Origin: Promethearchaeota archaeon
GTDB lineage: Archaea > Asgardarchaeota > Lokiarchaeia > Sigyniarchaeales > SOKP01
Length of the DNA stretch: 64,000 nucleotides
Direction: 5' to 3'
Assembly (NCBI GenBank): GCA_016839765.1
Contig: JAEOTP010000007.1
Coordinates: 32,001 to 96,000 of the forward strand
The notes under the pieces were generated by a model. The model was not told the DNA's origin. It ran no database searches and saw nothing but the letters and a program-made list of their open reading frames with translations. The position numbers and the translations under genes were made by a program. Below, piece after piece: positions 28,879 through 38,580 of the stretch. Numbering within the stretch: position 1 is the first letter of the stretch; each line of letters starts with the position of its first letter.

Positions 28879-30159
28879 TTAAATTTGAGACAATGCTTGT
28901 TCTAAGTCTCGTATTAAATCATCAGGATCTTCTAAACCAATAGAAAATCTAAAATGTGTGTCAGACATATTCATAGATCTTTTTTCCCAACCGGCTAGAT
29001 CAAATCCCGTCATAACAGCAGTATATTCAATCAATGAGGTTGTATCACCTAAGGAGACTCCAACTTTAATAAATTTAAGGAGATCTATAAATTTATAACT
29101 AGCCTCCATAGATTCTAATTCAAACCCAATCATACCACCAAAATTTTTCATTTGTTTTTTAGCGATCTCATGTTCGGGATGTGATTTTAATCCAGGATAA
29201 ACAACTTCTACTACCTTTGGGTGGTTTTTTAGAAATTGAGCAACTTCCATAGCAGTTTTACAATGACGTTCCATTCTCATACTTAATGTTCTGCATCCTC
29301 GTAATATTAACCACGCGTTAAAAGGACTTAAAATAGGACCTTGTAATTCCATCCAAAAATATCTTATGTTTTGTAATTCATTTTTTGGGCCAATAATTGC
29401 ACCACCTAGAGCGTCTCCATGACCATTTATGTATTTAGTTAAACTTTCAACAACAAAATCAGCTCCTAGTTCAAGTGGTTTCTGTAATGCTGGTGAAGCA
29501 AATGTATTATCAACAATAGACTTTCCTCCTCTTTCATGAATCAGTTCAGAACATTTTTCTATATCAATTATTTCAATAGTGGGATTTGCAGGTGTTTCTA
29601 TAAAGATTAATTTTGTTTGATCATCTATCGCATCTTCTAAGGCATCTAAATTTCTCATATCAACAATTCGAGGTTCAATACCCATTTGGGGGTAAAGGTT
29701 CATGAAAAGCCTATATGTTCCAGTATATAGATTTTTATGCATAATAATATTTGGAATTTGTTCTGGATGACGCTGAGGGTAATATTTTTCTAATTTTTTA
29801 GGTTTTATTCTCTTTATTCTTTTTTGTAGAACACTTGAAGAAACAAGATGGATTGCTGCCATACCTGATGCTACAGACAGCGCGTCCTCCCCTCCATGTA
29901 AGGTTGCAAGTTTTTTATCCAGAGCATATAAAGTTGGGTTCTCGGTTCTAGAATAAAAATAATGCTTTTTTAATAATTCTGTCATAGACGAGTAAACATA
30001 AGACTTGGTTGCATAAATTGGTAAGCGTAAACTATTTTCTGTAGAAGGATATGGATCCTCTCCTGCTCTAATTTGCTGTGAATCAAAATTTTGATTATCC
30101 CACACTTTACGTAATTCTTTATATATTTGATCCATAGTTTTTTTCTTTTCTTCGTCCAT
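28879..30159 (-). CDS. PLP-dependent trans-sulfuration enzyme (methionine gamma-lyase / cystathionine gamma-synthase family)
   Basis: YSRTENPT, SGMAAI, ETPANP, VDNTFASP, SLTKYINGHGD and VSLG motifs. Confidence 0.9.
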   Translation of the reverse strand: MDEEKKKTMDQIYKELRKVWDNQNFDSQQIRAGEDPYPSTENSLRLPIYATKSYVYSSMTELLKKHYFYSRTENPTLYALDKKLATLHGGEDALSVASGMAAIHLVSSSVLQKRIKRIKPKKLEKYYPQRHPEQIPNIIMHKNLYTGTYRLFMNLYPQMGIEPRIVDMRNLDALEDAIDDQTKLIFIETPANPTIEIIDIEKCSELIHERGGKSIVDNTFASPALQKPLELGADFVVESLTKYINGHGDALGGAIIGPKNELQNIRYFWMELQGPILSPFNAWLILRGCRTLSMRMERHCKTAMEVAQFLKNHPKVVEVVYPGLKSHPEHEIAKKQMKNFGGMIGFELESMEASYKFIDLLKFIKVGVSLGDTTSLIEYTAVMTGFDLAGWEKRSMNMSDTHFRFSIGLEDPDDLIRDLEQALSQI

Positions 30160-30161
30160 GA

Positions 30162-31667
30162 TTATCCCTCCAAACCTGTTATCCCTTCAGTAGAATCTGA
30201 TTTCTCCATCCCTTCCGCTTTTCGGAAATCGTCATAAGTTCTAGAGTAAATGCGCTTATAATACTCTTGTAATTTACCTTCGATTTCTGAAGAAATTCCG
30301 GGTCCTTTTTGAGTTTCAAGAATTTTATTAACTCTTTCTCTAGCTCTCATTATAATATCTTTACTTCCAAGTTTACTCCAAATTCCACGGCGATCTCGAT
30401 CCACTAGTTTTGGCACAAAAATCTCCTTTCTAGTGTTTTTAGCAGTGTGTTTCAACATTAAATAATTTTTTCCTTCAGTTACCGCTCTCTTAATCTCGTT
30501 GATAGCTAATGATTCCTCATCTACTCTAATTCCACTGATCCCACGTTTTACTATGTCAATCAGCTCATCATCTATCACTAGCAACTCTAATGCTTCTGCC
30601 AGTGAAGATTCATACGTACCTGCACAGGTAATATAATTGATTCCGGCATTAGCTGCAAAATAGAGGGTCATAAAACGTTCAAACCCACATTGAATGTCAA
30701 AACATTTTGATTCGGTTACAGCTCCAGGTCCTCTTGAAGGAATATTATAAAAACGAGCTAATTGCGCTGCAGCTGTTGTTATTAAACCTGTTTCTATAGA
30801 TCCCCAAGCTACATTCCCAGTTGGAGGATCCATTGGGGCATTCATAGTGGAATAAAACACTGGGGCTCTAGGATTGATTAACTGTGTCAACACAATCGAG
30901 GATAATGTTTCCATATTAGATTGTATTAATAAACCAGCTAAAGTAACTGGAGCAGTCGATCCAGCACTTGCAGCTGGAGCAATAATTGTGGGTTGTTTAT
31001 ACTTTACAAAAATAAATAACCCGTTTAGCATGATCTTAGTAAGAGTTAGTGGGCTTGTTGGATTAAAAAAACCAATTAATCTTGGTTTATTAATTAACTC
31101 TTCATCTCCTCCAACAATAATAGATGTTAGATTCATCATATCTTGGGAAGCAACTTTTCCATAACAACCCAATCCATATGGTTTATAACTGTTTTGCGCC
31201 CATGCACGAATTGTGTGGTAGTGAAGTTCTAAATAAGGGATATCATTTGGCCAGACATCTACGTGTGAACACATAATGTTTTTTAAGTTATCTACTATAC
31301 GTATTTGTTTTATAGTATCTTCTAAAATTGTTTTACGAATTCCTTTTTTCTTGGAGGGATCATAGATTTTTACTGGAGTACCTACCGTTGCAAAATTAAC
31401 AGTAGATGTATTTACTTCGAACTTAAATGACCCATCTGGACCCCATAAAGAAAATGATTGAGGAACTTTTTTTAATTGTTCTTTCACAAGATTTTCCGGA
31501 AACCTAATAAAATGATCCTTCGCTAAAGTACATCCATTTTCTATCAATAGTTCCTTTGCTTCTTCTGATTCAACTTTGACTCCAATCACTTCCAATAAAT
31601 TTAGAGTATTTGAATGAATTAACTCAATCTCATCTTTAGATAATACTTCTATTTGCTTTAATTTCAT
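30162..31667 (-). CDS. Non-pyrrolysine MttB-superfamily methyltransferase
   Basis: NPTSPL, AGSTAPVTLAG and SKCFDIQCGFE motifs; no in-frame TAG. Confidence 0.9.
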   Translation of the reverse strand: MKLKQIEVLSKDEIELIHSNTLNLLEVIGVKVESEEAKELLIENGCTLAKDHFIRFPENLVKEQLKKVPQSFSLWGPDGSFKFEVNTSTVNFATVGTPVKIYDPSKKKGIRKTILEDTIKQIRIVDNLKNIMCSHVDVWPNDIPYLELHYHTIRAWAQNSYKPYGLGCYGKVASQDMMNLTSIIVGGDEELINKPRLIGFFNPTSPLTLTKIMLNGLFIFVKYKQPTIIAPAASAGSTAPVTLAGLLIQSNMETLSSIVLTQLINPRAPVFYSTMNAPMDPPTGNVAWGSIETGLITTAAAQLARFYNIPSRGPGAVTESKCFDIQCGFERFMTLYFAANAGINYITCAGTYESSLAEALELLVIDDELIDIVKRGISGIRVDEESLAINEIKRAVTEGKNYLMLKHTAKNTRKEIFVPKLVDRDRRGIWSKLGSKDIIMRARERVNKILETQKGPGISSEIEGKLQEYYKRIYSRTYDDFRKAEGMEKSDSTEGITGLEG

Positions 31668-31792
31668 AATAATCTTCTTTAAAATAAGCCTGATTATATT
31701 AAATAATATATGATATGATGAGTTTAAAAAACTTATTTTAAAGAATTCATTTTTGATAATAAATTAATTTTAAAATATTTAAGGGATATTGC

Positions 31793-32437
31793 ATGTCAAT
31801 TGAAGATGAAATGAGACAATTTGTAGAAGAATGGGATAAAGAAGGATTAAAAGAAATGTGTAAATCCTTAATTGATAAAGGAAAGGCTAGTCCTGAAGAA
31901 TTATTAAAATTCATTGGAAATATAATGAAATTTATTGGTGAACAATTTGAAAACGAAGAGATTTTCCTTCCAGATTTAATTGGTGCTGCTGACACTGTAA
32001 AGGATACTATTGATGAAATTTTAGACCCTGCTATTAGAAAATCTGGAGGAGAAAAAGAAACTTTAGGAAAAGTTATAATTGGTACGGTAGAAAGTGATGT
32101 TCATAGTATTGGGAAAGATCTTGTAGGCTCCTTTCTGTTTGCTAATGGATTTGAAGTATTCAATTTAGGTGTAGAAGTTACCGCTGATGAATTCATCTCT
32201 AAAGCGGAAGAGGTCGGAGCGCAGGTAATAGGGTTATCATCTTTGCTTACAATGTCTATGGATTTTCAGAGACAAGTAATTGAAGAATTAAAAAACAGAG
32301 GATTAAGAGATAAGTATATTGTAATTGTTGGCGGAGCTCCTACTTCAGAAGATTGGGCAGAACAAATTGGCGCGGATGGTTGGGCAGATGATGCGATTGA
32401 GGCGGTAGAACTTATTAACAATTTAATCACAAAATAA
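31793..32437 (+). CDS. Methyltransferase-associated corrinoid protein
   Basis: EIFLPDL, DVHSIGK (DxHxxG), LSSLLT and VGGAP motifs. Confidence 0.92.
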   Translation: MSIEDEMRQFVEEWDKEGLKEMCKSLIDKGKASPEELLKFIGNIMKFIGEQFENEEIFLPDLIGAADTVKDTIDEILDPAIRKSGGEKETLGKVIIGTVESDVHSIGKDLVGSFLFANGFEVFNLGVEVTADEFISKAEEVGAQVIGLSSLLTMSMDFQRQVIEELKNRGLRDKYIVIVGGAPTSEDWAEQIGADGWADDAIEAVELINNLITK

Positions 32438-32450
32438 AAGGAGTAAAAAG

Positions 32451-33980
32451 ATGAGATTAAAACATATTGAAGTATTTTCAAAGGATGAAATCCAAGAGAT
32501 TCATTCCGCATCCATACAATTATTAACAGATGTTGGAATGAAAATTGATGCCCAAGATGCAAGAAATCTTCTTAAAGAAAATGGTGCTGAAGTAGATACT
32601 GAAAGTAAATTTGTGAAATTCCCGGAAGCTCTGATAAGAGAAAAATTAAAAACTGTCCCCGATCATTTTAGACTACATGGTCCAGATGGGCACTTTAATT
32701 TTGAAGTAAATACAAAAGATACTATTTTTGCTACTATTGGAACACCAGTAAAAATTTATGACCCGCTCCAGAAAAAAGGAATAAGAAAAACTCTTTTTTC
32801 CGATACTATTCAACAGATAAAAATAGTTGATTCTCTTGAGAATATATTATGCTCACATATTGATGTGTGGCCTAACGACATTTCATACATTACTATTCAT
32901 GTGCATTGTATTTATCAATGGGCAAAAAACACTAGAAAACCCTATGGATTGGGCTGTCTAGGGAAATTAGCGAGTACAGATATGATGAAAATGACGTCAA
33001 TGATCGTTGGTGGAGAGACAGAATTAATTAAAAGACCTAGGTTAGTTGGATTTATGAATCCAACAAGCCCACTACATCTACCGGTAATTATGACTAATGG
33101 GTTTGCAGTTTTTACAAAATACAAACAACCAACTATTATTGCACCAGAGGCACTTGCAGGATCTTCTGCTCCAGTAACATTAGCTGGATTAATAACTCAA
33201 ACTAATGCCGAAATCCTTGGTAGCATAATCCTTTCTCAAATATATAATCCCGGTGCTCCAGTATTTTATGGAACTGTGTCCCATATAACTGATATGCGTA
33301 CAGGAAATTCTGCAATGGGGTCTCCTGAAATGGGATTAATTACAGCAGGAATTGCACAACTGGCACGTTATTATAATATTCCTTCGCGTGGTCCTGGAGG
33401 AGGTACAGATTCTAAAATTCTCGATATGCAAAATGGAATTGAGCGTTTGCAGACTTTAATGTTAGCAGCTCAAGCAGGAGTAAATTATATCACTTGTGCG
33501 GGAACATATGAAGCTACTTTAGTCGAAGCATTGGAATTATTAGTAATAGATGATGAACTTGCCGGGATGGTACAAAGAGCAATTGAAGGAATTACTGTCA
33601 ATGACGATACAATAGGATTGGATGTTATTAAAAAAGTGGCTACTAGTGAAAAAGAGGGAGTTAATTTCTTGGCTGAAAGACACACTCGAGATCACATGAA
33701 ATCAGAATTATACTTTCCTAAACTATTAGATCGAAATAGACGTACTACATGGTATAAAAAAGGTGCTAAAGATATTATTACTCGTGCACGAGAAAAAGTA
33801 GACCAAATCCTTATAGCTCATAAACCTAACGAATTACTTAAAGATTTGGATAATAAATTGCTTAAATTTATAAAAATTGTTGAATCTAGAACGTTCGATG
33901 ATTATAAAAAAGCAGAGGGTTTAATGGCCTCCAAAATTACATTGCCAGATGGTATTGAAATTAAAGAGAATGACAAATAA
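32451..33980 (+). CDS. Non-pyrrolysine MttB-superfamily methyltransferase (paralog)
   Basis: NPTSPL, AGSSAPVTLAG and DSKILDMQNGIE motifs; close paralog of 30162..31667. Confidence 0.9.
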   Translation: MRLKHIEVFSKDEIQEIHSASIQLLTDVGMKIDAQDARNLLKENGAEVDTESKFVKFPEALIREKLKTVPDHFRLHGPDGHFNFEVNTKDTIFATIGTPVKIYDPLQKKGIRKTLFSDTIQQIKIVDSLENILCSHIDVWPNDISYITIHVHCIYQWAKNTRKPYGLGCLGKLASTDMMKMTSMIVGGETELIKRPRLVGFMNPTSPLHLPVIMTNGFAVFTKYKQPTIIAPEALAGSSAPVTLAGLITQTNAEILGSIILSQIYNPGAPVFYGTVSHITDMRTGNSAMGSPEMGLITAGIAQLARYYNIPSRGPGGGTDSKILDMQNGIERLQTLMLAAQAGVNYITCAGTYEATLVEALELLVIDDELAGMVQRAIEGITVNDDTIGLDVIKKVATSEKEGVNFLAERHTRDHMKSELYFPKLLDRNRRTTWYKKGAKDIITRAREKVDQILIAHKPNELLKDLDNKLLKFIKIVESRTFDDYKKAEGLMASKITLPDGIEIKENDK

Positions 33981-33990
33981 AGTTAATCCT

Positions 33991-34134
33991 TCATGGTACT
34001 GATAAAATTACAATTGCTATACTAGCAAGAATACCAATAAACATTATAAAAAAAATTAGAATTGCAATTTGTTTCCTTCTCTTCGACCTTTTAAGGGTAC
34101 TTTTTCTAATTTTTCGAGACCTTCCATAACTCAT
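33991..34134 (-). CDS. Small tail-anchored membrane protein (47 aa)
   Basis: MSYGRSRKIRKSTLKRSKRRKQIAILIFFIMFIGILASIAIVILSVP: basic N-terminus plus one TM helix; 15 nt downstream of the gelsolin-like gene. Confidence 0.65.
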   Translation of the reverse strand: MSYGRSRKIRKSTLKRSKRRKQIAILIFFIMFIGILASIAIVILSVP

Positions 34135-34149
34135 AAGTTACCAATTAAA

Positions 34150-34881
34150 TTAATTTTTCTTTATACTATCATCAACTTCAACTTTTTGTAAAAGCTCCGT
34201 TAGAATAACATTATTATAAGAGAGAAGCATCCTTGGTACGTAATTTTCAGCTAAATAAGCACCATCTTCAACTTCCTCTCTTAATGGAAATAATTGTTTT
34301 TCCTTAATAACAGAGCCTAAATAATTGCGGTCATATTCTTTATATCCAAATAATTTGTTTTTTACAATTATCATTTTTCTTTCATATCCTTCAGGGAGAC
34401 CTGCCTTTTCAAGTATTAAAAGGATTCTTTCTCTGGATAACGATTCTAATAATTCAAGATCTTCTTCAGTCCCTTCATACGCAGGTCCAGTTTGAACTGC
34501 TTCATAATCAATTTCTTCTTCTAGTCCTAACATGACTTTAAACGCAATTGTTTCATTATCTTGGTCAACTGCTGTTATTTTAAATGCAATACCATGCCTA
34601 TCTCTTATTGGAGCTGCCATTTTTGCTGCAATAAATTTCATTCTCGTAGTGGTATTATACCCATGCCATAACCATACTCGATAGTGTTTTGGGTCAATAA
34701 AAAGAAGAATAAAATCATCATCTAATAGATCTTTCAATTCAATCTCAGGATCAATTATTAATTCATCAAAATCTCCAATTTGATCATTAAATTGATAGAC
34801 AATTATGGTTTGCTCTTTTCTACTTACTTTCTCCTCTTCTTTTTTTTCTTCAATGCTTGAAGATGGTGGTTTGTTTGACAT
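34150..34881 (-). CDS. Gelsolin-like domain protein with additional C-terminal domain
   Basis: LDDDFILLFID...VWLWHG...KFIAAKMA...VDQDNETIAF matches the gelsolin repeat pattern. Confidence 0.7.
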   Translation of the reverse strand: MSNKPPSSSIEEKKEEEKVSRKEQTIIVYQFNDQIGDFDELIIDPEIELKDLLDDDFILLFIDPKHYRVWLWHGYNTTTRMKFIAAKMAAPIRDRHGIAFKITAVDQDNETIAFKVMLGLEEEIDYEAVQTGPAYEGTEEDLELLESLSRERILLILEKAGLPEGYERKMIIVKNKLFGYKEYDRNYLGSVIKEKQLFPLREEVEDGAYLAENYVPRMLLSYNNVILTELLQKVEVDDSIKKN

Positions 34882-35067
34882 ATTAAATTAAAAAAATAGT
34901 ATTCAAGTCTATATTAGTTATTAGTTTTAATAATATATTATTATTTTTTGTATTAAAATAGATAGGTTGGTTCTCAAGAATTTTATAATTTATGTAATAA
35001 TCAATTAATTAATCGTCCTAAATGTATTTTTTTAATAAAACCTAAATAAAGGTTAAACTAAAATTAA

Positions 35068-35152
35068 GCGGGAATTGCCAAGTCTGGCCAAAGGCGCTGG
35101 ACTCAGAATCCAGTCTCGTAGGGGTTCGGGGGTTCAAATCCCTCTTCCCGCA
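35068..35152 (+). tRNA. tRNA-Leu(CAG), intronless, CCA not encoded
   Basis: Acceptor stem GCGGGAA/TTCCCGC-A, anticodon arm CTGGA-CTCAGAA-TCCAG, long variable arm, GGTTCAAATCC T-arm. Confidence 0.96.
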
Positions 35153-35183
35153 TTTATTTTTTTTATAAGAAAATAACTATATA

Positions 35184-37337
35184 TTAAACCAAACTCAATT
35201 TATTATTACAACTGGGGCAAAATAGGGGTAATTCTTGTTCACATGATTCTAGTATATCACTATTTAGCATCTTTCTCCAGCATACTAGTTTATCTTCTGA
35301 TTGAATCATATCTCTTCCATGATGTTGAGGTATAATCCGTTTTGTTTTACAGTTCTCGCAAATTATCATAATTGATTCTGTATTAATATTATCGGAAGAG
35401 ATTTCAGAAATTTTATTTTTATAACGAAATATTCTCATAGCGTTCAACATTACGGCGAGTGAAACTCCCATATCGCCAATTCCTACAGCTAACCATAATG
35501 TCATTAACCCAATGACCGTTAAAACAGCAAAAGACACTTTAATACTAATTGATGCCCAGATATTTTGTTTTATAATTTTATTTGTTTTCTTTGAGATATC
35601 AATAAAATCAATAATTTTTTTAAGATCATCATTTATAATGATAACATCAGCAGTTTCTAAGGTAAGATCTGTAGCAGAAGCACCAATGGCTATTCCTAGA
35701 TCTGATAACGCTAAAGCAGGAGCGTCATTTATTCCATCTCCCACCATCGCAACACCTTTATAATTAGCTTTTAATTTTTTAATTTCCTCCAATTTTTGGT
35801 CTGGCAATAGTTCACCGTATATATTATCTATATCTAAACAATAACCAATTGTATTGCATACATTTTGATTATCACCTGATATTAGAATAGATTTATATTT
35901 TCTTCTTTTCAAACCATCTATTAATAAAGGAGAAGTTATTCTTAAGACATCTCGAATAGAAATTAATCCAATTAGTCCATTATTTCCAACCAATATTGGG
36001 ATAGTTCCATTCTCTTCAATTTCTTTTAATTCTTCAATTGGTAGATTAAAATTAAGCTCATTAAAAAATTTCTGGCTACCAATATAATATAATCTTCCGT
36101 TAATCTCTCCCTTTATTCCCATTCCTTTTGAGATTTCAAAATTAGTGACATTCAATAAATCAACATTCATCCTTTTAGCTTGGCTAACAATTGCTTGACC
36201 AATAGGATGTTCTGAAAGTGATTCTAAACTCGCTGCGATGCCTAATATTGCATTCTCATCATATCCCCCATAAGCTCTAACCTCAAAAACTTTAAGAGAT
36301 CCCTCCGTTAGCGTCCCAGTTTTATCAAATGCAATTGCTTGAATTTTATCAACTTTTTCAATAAATACATTTCCTTTTACTAAGATACCTTCTTTTGCCA
36401 ATTTTGTGAGCGCTGTAATATTTGCTAATGGCGTTGAGAGTGTTAAAGCACAAGGGCATGATACTACTAGCAAAATTAAGCCACGATAGAACCAATTATT
36501 AAAATCTAATCGAAATATTAACGGAGGTAATATCATTACTATAAGTGACATAATTAGTATTATTGGAGTATAATACTTGGCAAACTTCTCAATAAATTTC
36601 TCACTTTTACTTTTATTTTGCTGTGCTTCTTTTATACTTCGTGCAATTTGAGCTACAACAGTATCATTGGTTTCTCTAATTACTTCAACGTCAACAAAAC
36701 CCTCAGAATTAATACTAGCAGCAAAGACCTCATCTCCTTCAATTTTAAATACTGGTAAAGATTCACCCGTAATTGTACTTTCATCAAAATACGATTTACC
36801 TTTTATAATAATACCATCTAAAGGAACTTTCATTGCTGGTTTCACACCTATTATATCTCCCTTTTTAATTTGGATAGCTGGTACAGAAATATACTCATTT
36901 CCTTTTTTTAACAATGCTTCATTAGGAGATAATTCAAGTAATTCTTTAATTGCATCTCGAGATTTATCTGTGGTAAGTTCTTCTATATGTTCTGCAATAG
37001 CATATAGTAGTATGGCAGTTGCGCCTTCTTGACCATGGAGAATAAAAAAGGAAGCAATAGTTGCAATTATCATTAAAATATTTGCCGTTATTTTTTTATT
37101 AATTACATCTTTAATTGCTTCTTTAACTACACCATAACTAGATAGAATTATCGAAAAGATTGCTAACAATTGGCCTATCAAGACTTCTTCAAAAGCAAAT
37201 TCCAAAAAAATAGCTATTGTTAATAGTATTGCAGAAGGTATTATGAAATACCAAAACTTTTTCTCAAAAAAAGTGCTTTCTTCTATTTCTTCTATGTTAA
37301 TATCACAAGCAGCGTGTGAACATTCAAAATGAGAGAT
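35184..37337 (-). CDS. Heavy-metal P1B-type ATPase (ZntA/CadA-like), probable ATC start
   Basis: TGES, SCPCAL, DKTGT, SEHP and GDGINDAP motifs. The frame extends 44 codons upstream of the track start to AGGTGA-TAAAAA-ATC. Confidence 0.9.
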   Translation of the reverse strand: MSHFECSHAACDINIEEIEESTFFEKKFWYFIIPSAILLTIAIFLEFAFEEVLIGQLLAIFSIILSSYGVVKEAIKDVINKKITANILMIIATIASFFILHGQEGATAILLYAIAEHIEELTTDKSRDAIKELLELSPNEALLKKGNEYISVPAIQIKKGDIIGVKPAMKVPLDGIIIKGKSYFDESTITGESLPVFKIEGDEVFAASINSEGFVDVEVIRETNDTVVAQIARSIKEAQQNKSKSEKFIEKFAKYYTPIILIMSLIVMILPPLIFRLDFNNWFYRGLILLVVSCPCALTLSTPLANITALTKLAKEGILVKGNVFIEKVDKIQAIAFDKTGTLTEGSLKVFEVRAYGGYDENAILGIAASLESLSEHPIGQAIVSQAKRMNVDLLNVTNFEISKGMGIKGEINGRLYYIGSQKFFNELNFNLPIEELKEIEENGTIPILVGNNGLIGLISIRDVLRITSPLLIDGLKRRKYKSILISGDNQNVCNTIGYCLDIDNIYGELLPDQKLEEIKKLKANYKGVAMVGDGINDAPALALSDLGIAIGASATDLTLETADVIIINDDLKKIIDFIDISKKTNKIIKQNIWASISIKVSFAVLTVIGLMTLWLAVGIGDMGVSLAVMLNAMRIFRYKNKISEISSDNINTESIMIICENCKTKRIIPQHHGRDMIQSEDKLVCWRKMLNSDILESCEQELPLFCPSCNNKLSLV

Positions 37338-37477
37338 TTTTTATCACCTAATTTAAAAATACTGAAGAAAACATAAAAACTTGATATTTATGGATAATAA
37401 AAAAAAATCCGTTCTAAAGTTATTAGATATTGATATTTAGTTAAATTTATTATTTTTCAAAAAAAATTCTAAAAAAT

Positions 37478-38359
37478 TTACTTGATAACATATACTAATT
37501 TTTGACCCTCATCTAGAGGAAGGTTTAATTTTTTTCTAATTTCATTTCTTATCAAATATCCACCTACATGAAGAATAGAATCTTTTAAAATTGAGTCTTG
37601 GTCCATGGAAGCATTACACGGATATGAATGATGTGCTTTACTAATTCTTTCATTTAAACTGAGTTCTCCATTACTAATATATTTACTCTTTAATTGTTGT
37701 AGTATAAAATAAGTTGAGCCACATGGAGCACTTTGTAGAACACAGCTGTCTAAAATAGCGTTTCCCTCTTTATTTAATAAAAACGAAATTATAGGAACGC
37801 CTATTTTAAAGTATTCAATAAATTCTAATATGTAATTTCTATCTTTAGTGATATTGAACCCTTCTCTATTATGTTCATTAAGCTCTTTGCTCAATGAACA
37901 GAAAGGTTTCGGAAAAGCGGCTTGAATACCAAATTGCTCAAAATCATTTATAATTTGCACTTGTAATCCCGGTGGAACCCATTTCGGGTTTTCAATTGGA
38001 ACTATAACAGCCTTTATTTTTGTATTCTTCAGATATTCAGGTAATCCTGATAGTAAATCTTGATGAATCCCAACGACTAATAAAAACTCCACCTGTGGTA
38101 TATTTTTTGGTAAATAATCCTCAGGGTTTTCTATAAAACCTGGAACATTTTCTCCAATTTTCTCATAGAAGTAAACAGAACCTGAATAATTTTTTAAATT
38201 TTCTCTACAATGGTCACACTTTACATTTTGTTCGTATAATTCACATGCTTTACAGAATTGATCATCATTAATAAGATTTCCAATAAATTTTTGAGCTAAC
38301 ATCTCTGTATCGGGATCTGCGCCATAGAATACTCCAAGTTTATAATGCTTATCGTTCAT
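37478..38359 (-). CDS. DUF166-family protein
   Basis: PKPFCSL, SAPCGST and YPCNASM motifs. Confidence 0.7.
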   Translation of the reverse strand: MNDKHYKLGVFYGADPDTEMLAQKFIGNLINDDQFCKACELYEQNVKCDHCRENLKNYSGSVYFYEKIGENVPGFIENPEDYLPKNIPQVEFLLVVGIHQDLLSGLPEYLKNTKIKAVIVPIENPKWVPPGLQVQIINDFEQFGIQAAFPKPFCSLSKELNEHNREGFNITKDRNYILEFIEYFKIGVPIISFLLNKEGNAILDSCVLQSAPCGSTYFILQQLKSKYISNGELSLNERISKAHHSYPCNASMDQDSILKDSILHVGGYLIRNEIRKKLNLPLDEGQKLVYVIK

Positions 38360-38580
38360 TATGAATTATATTTAGTTATTACTTTTATTTATAATTCTAA
38401 TATTTTAAAAACCTTATAATTTTTAACCCGAACATCTTCATTTGCTTTATAATTTCAATTTTAAATAATAATATAGTGAAGAAAGGATTAATATGAGGCA
38501 TTATAATTTAAATACTATATGCATTATGCTTATCATATAATATATTATTTTAAAAAGAAATTTTTTCACTCTATTACGAA

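Noticed and set aside
30162-33980. Pyrrolysine recoding in the MttB genes
   Set aside because: Both ORFs are full length with no in-frame TAG.
35068-35152. tRNA intron, or tRNA-Sec reading of 'TCA'
   Set aside because: The 7-nt loop CTCAGAA centres on CAG (Leu), the acceptor stem is 7 bp, and there is no insert.
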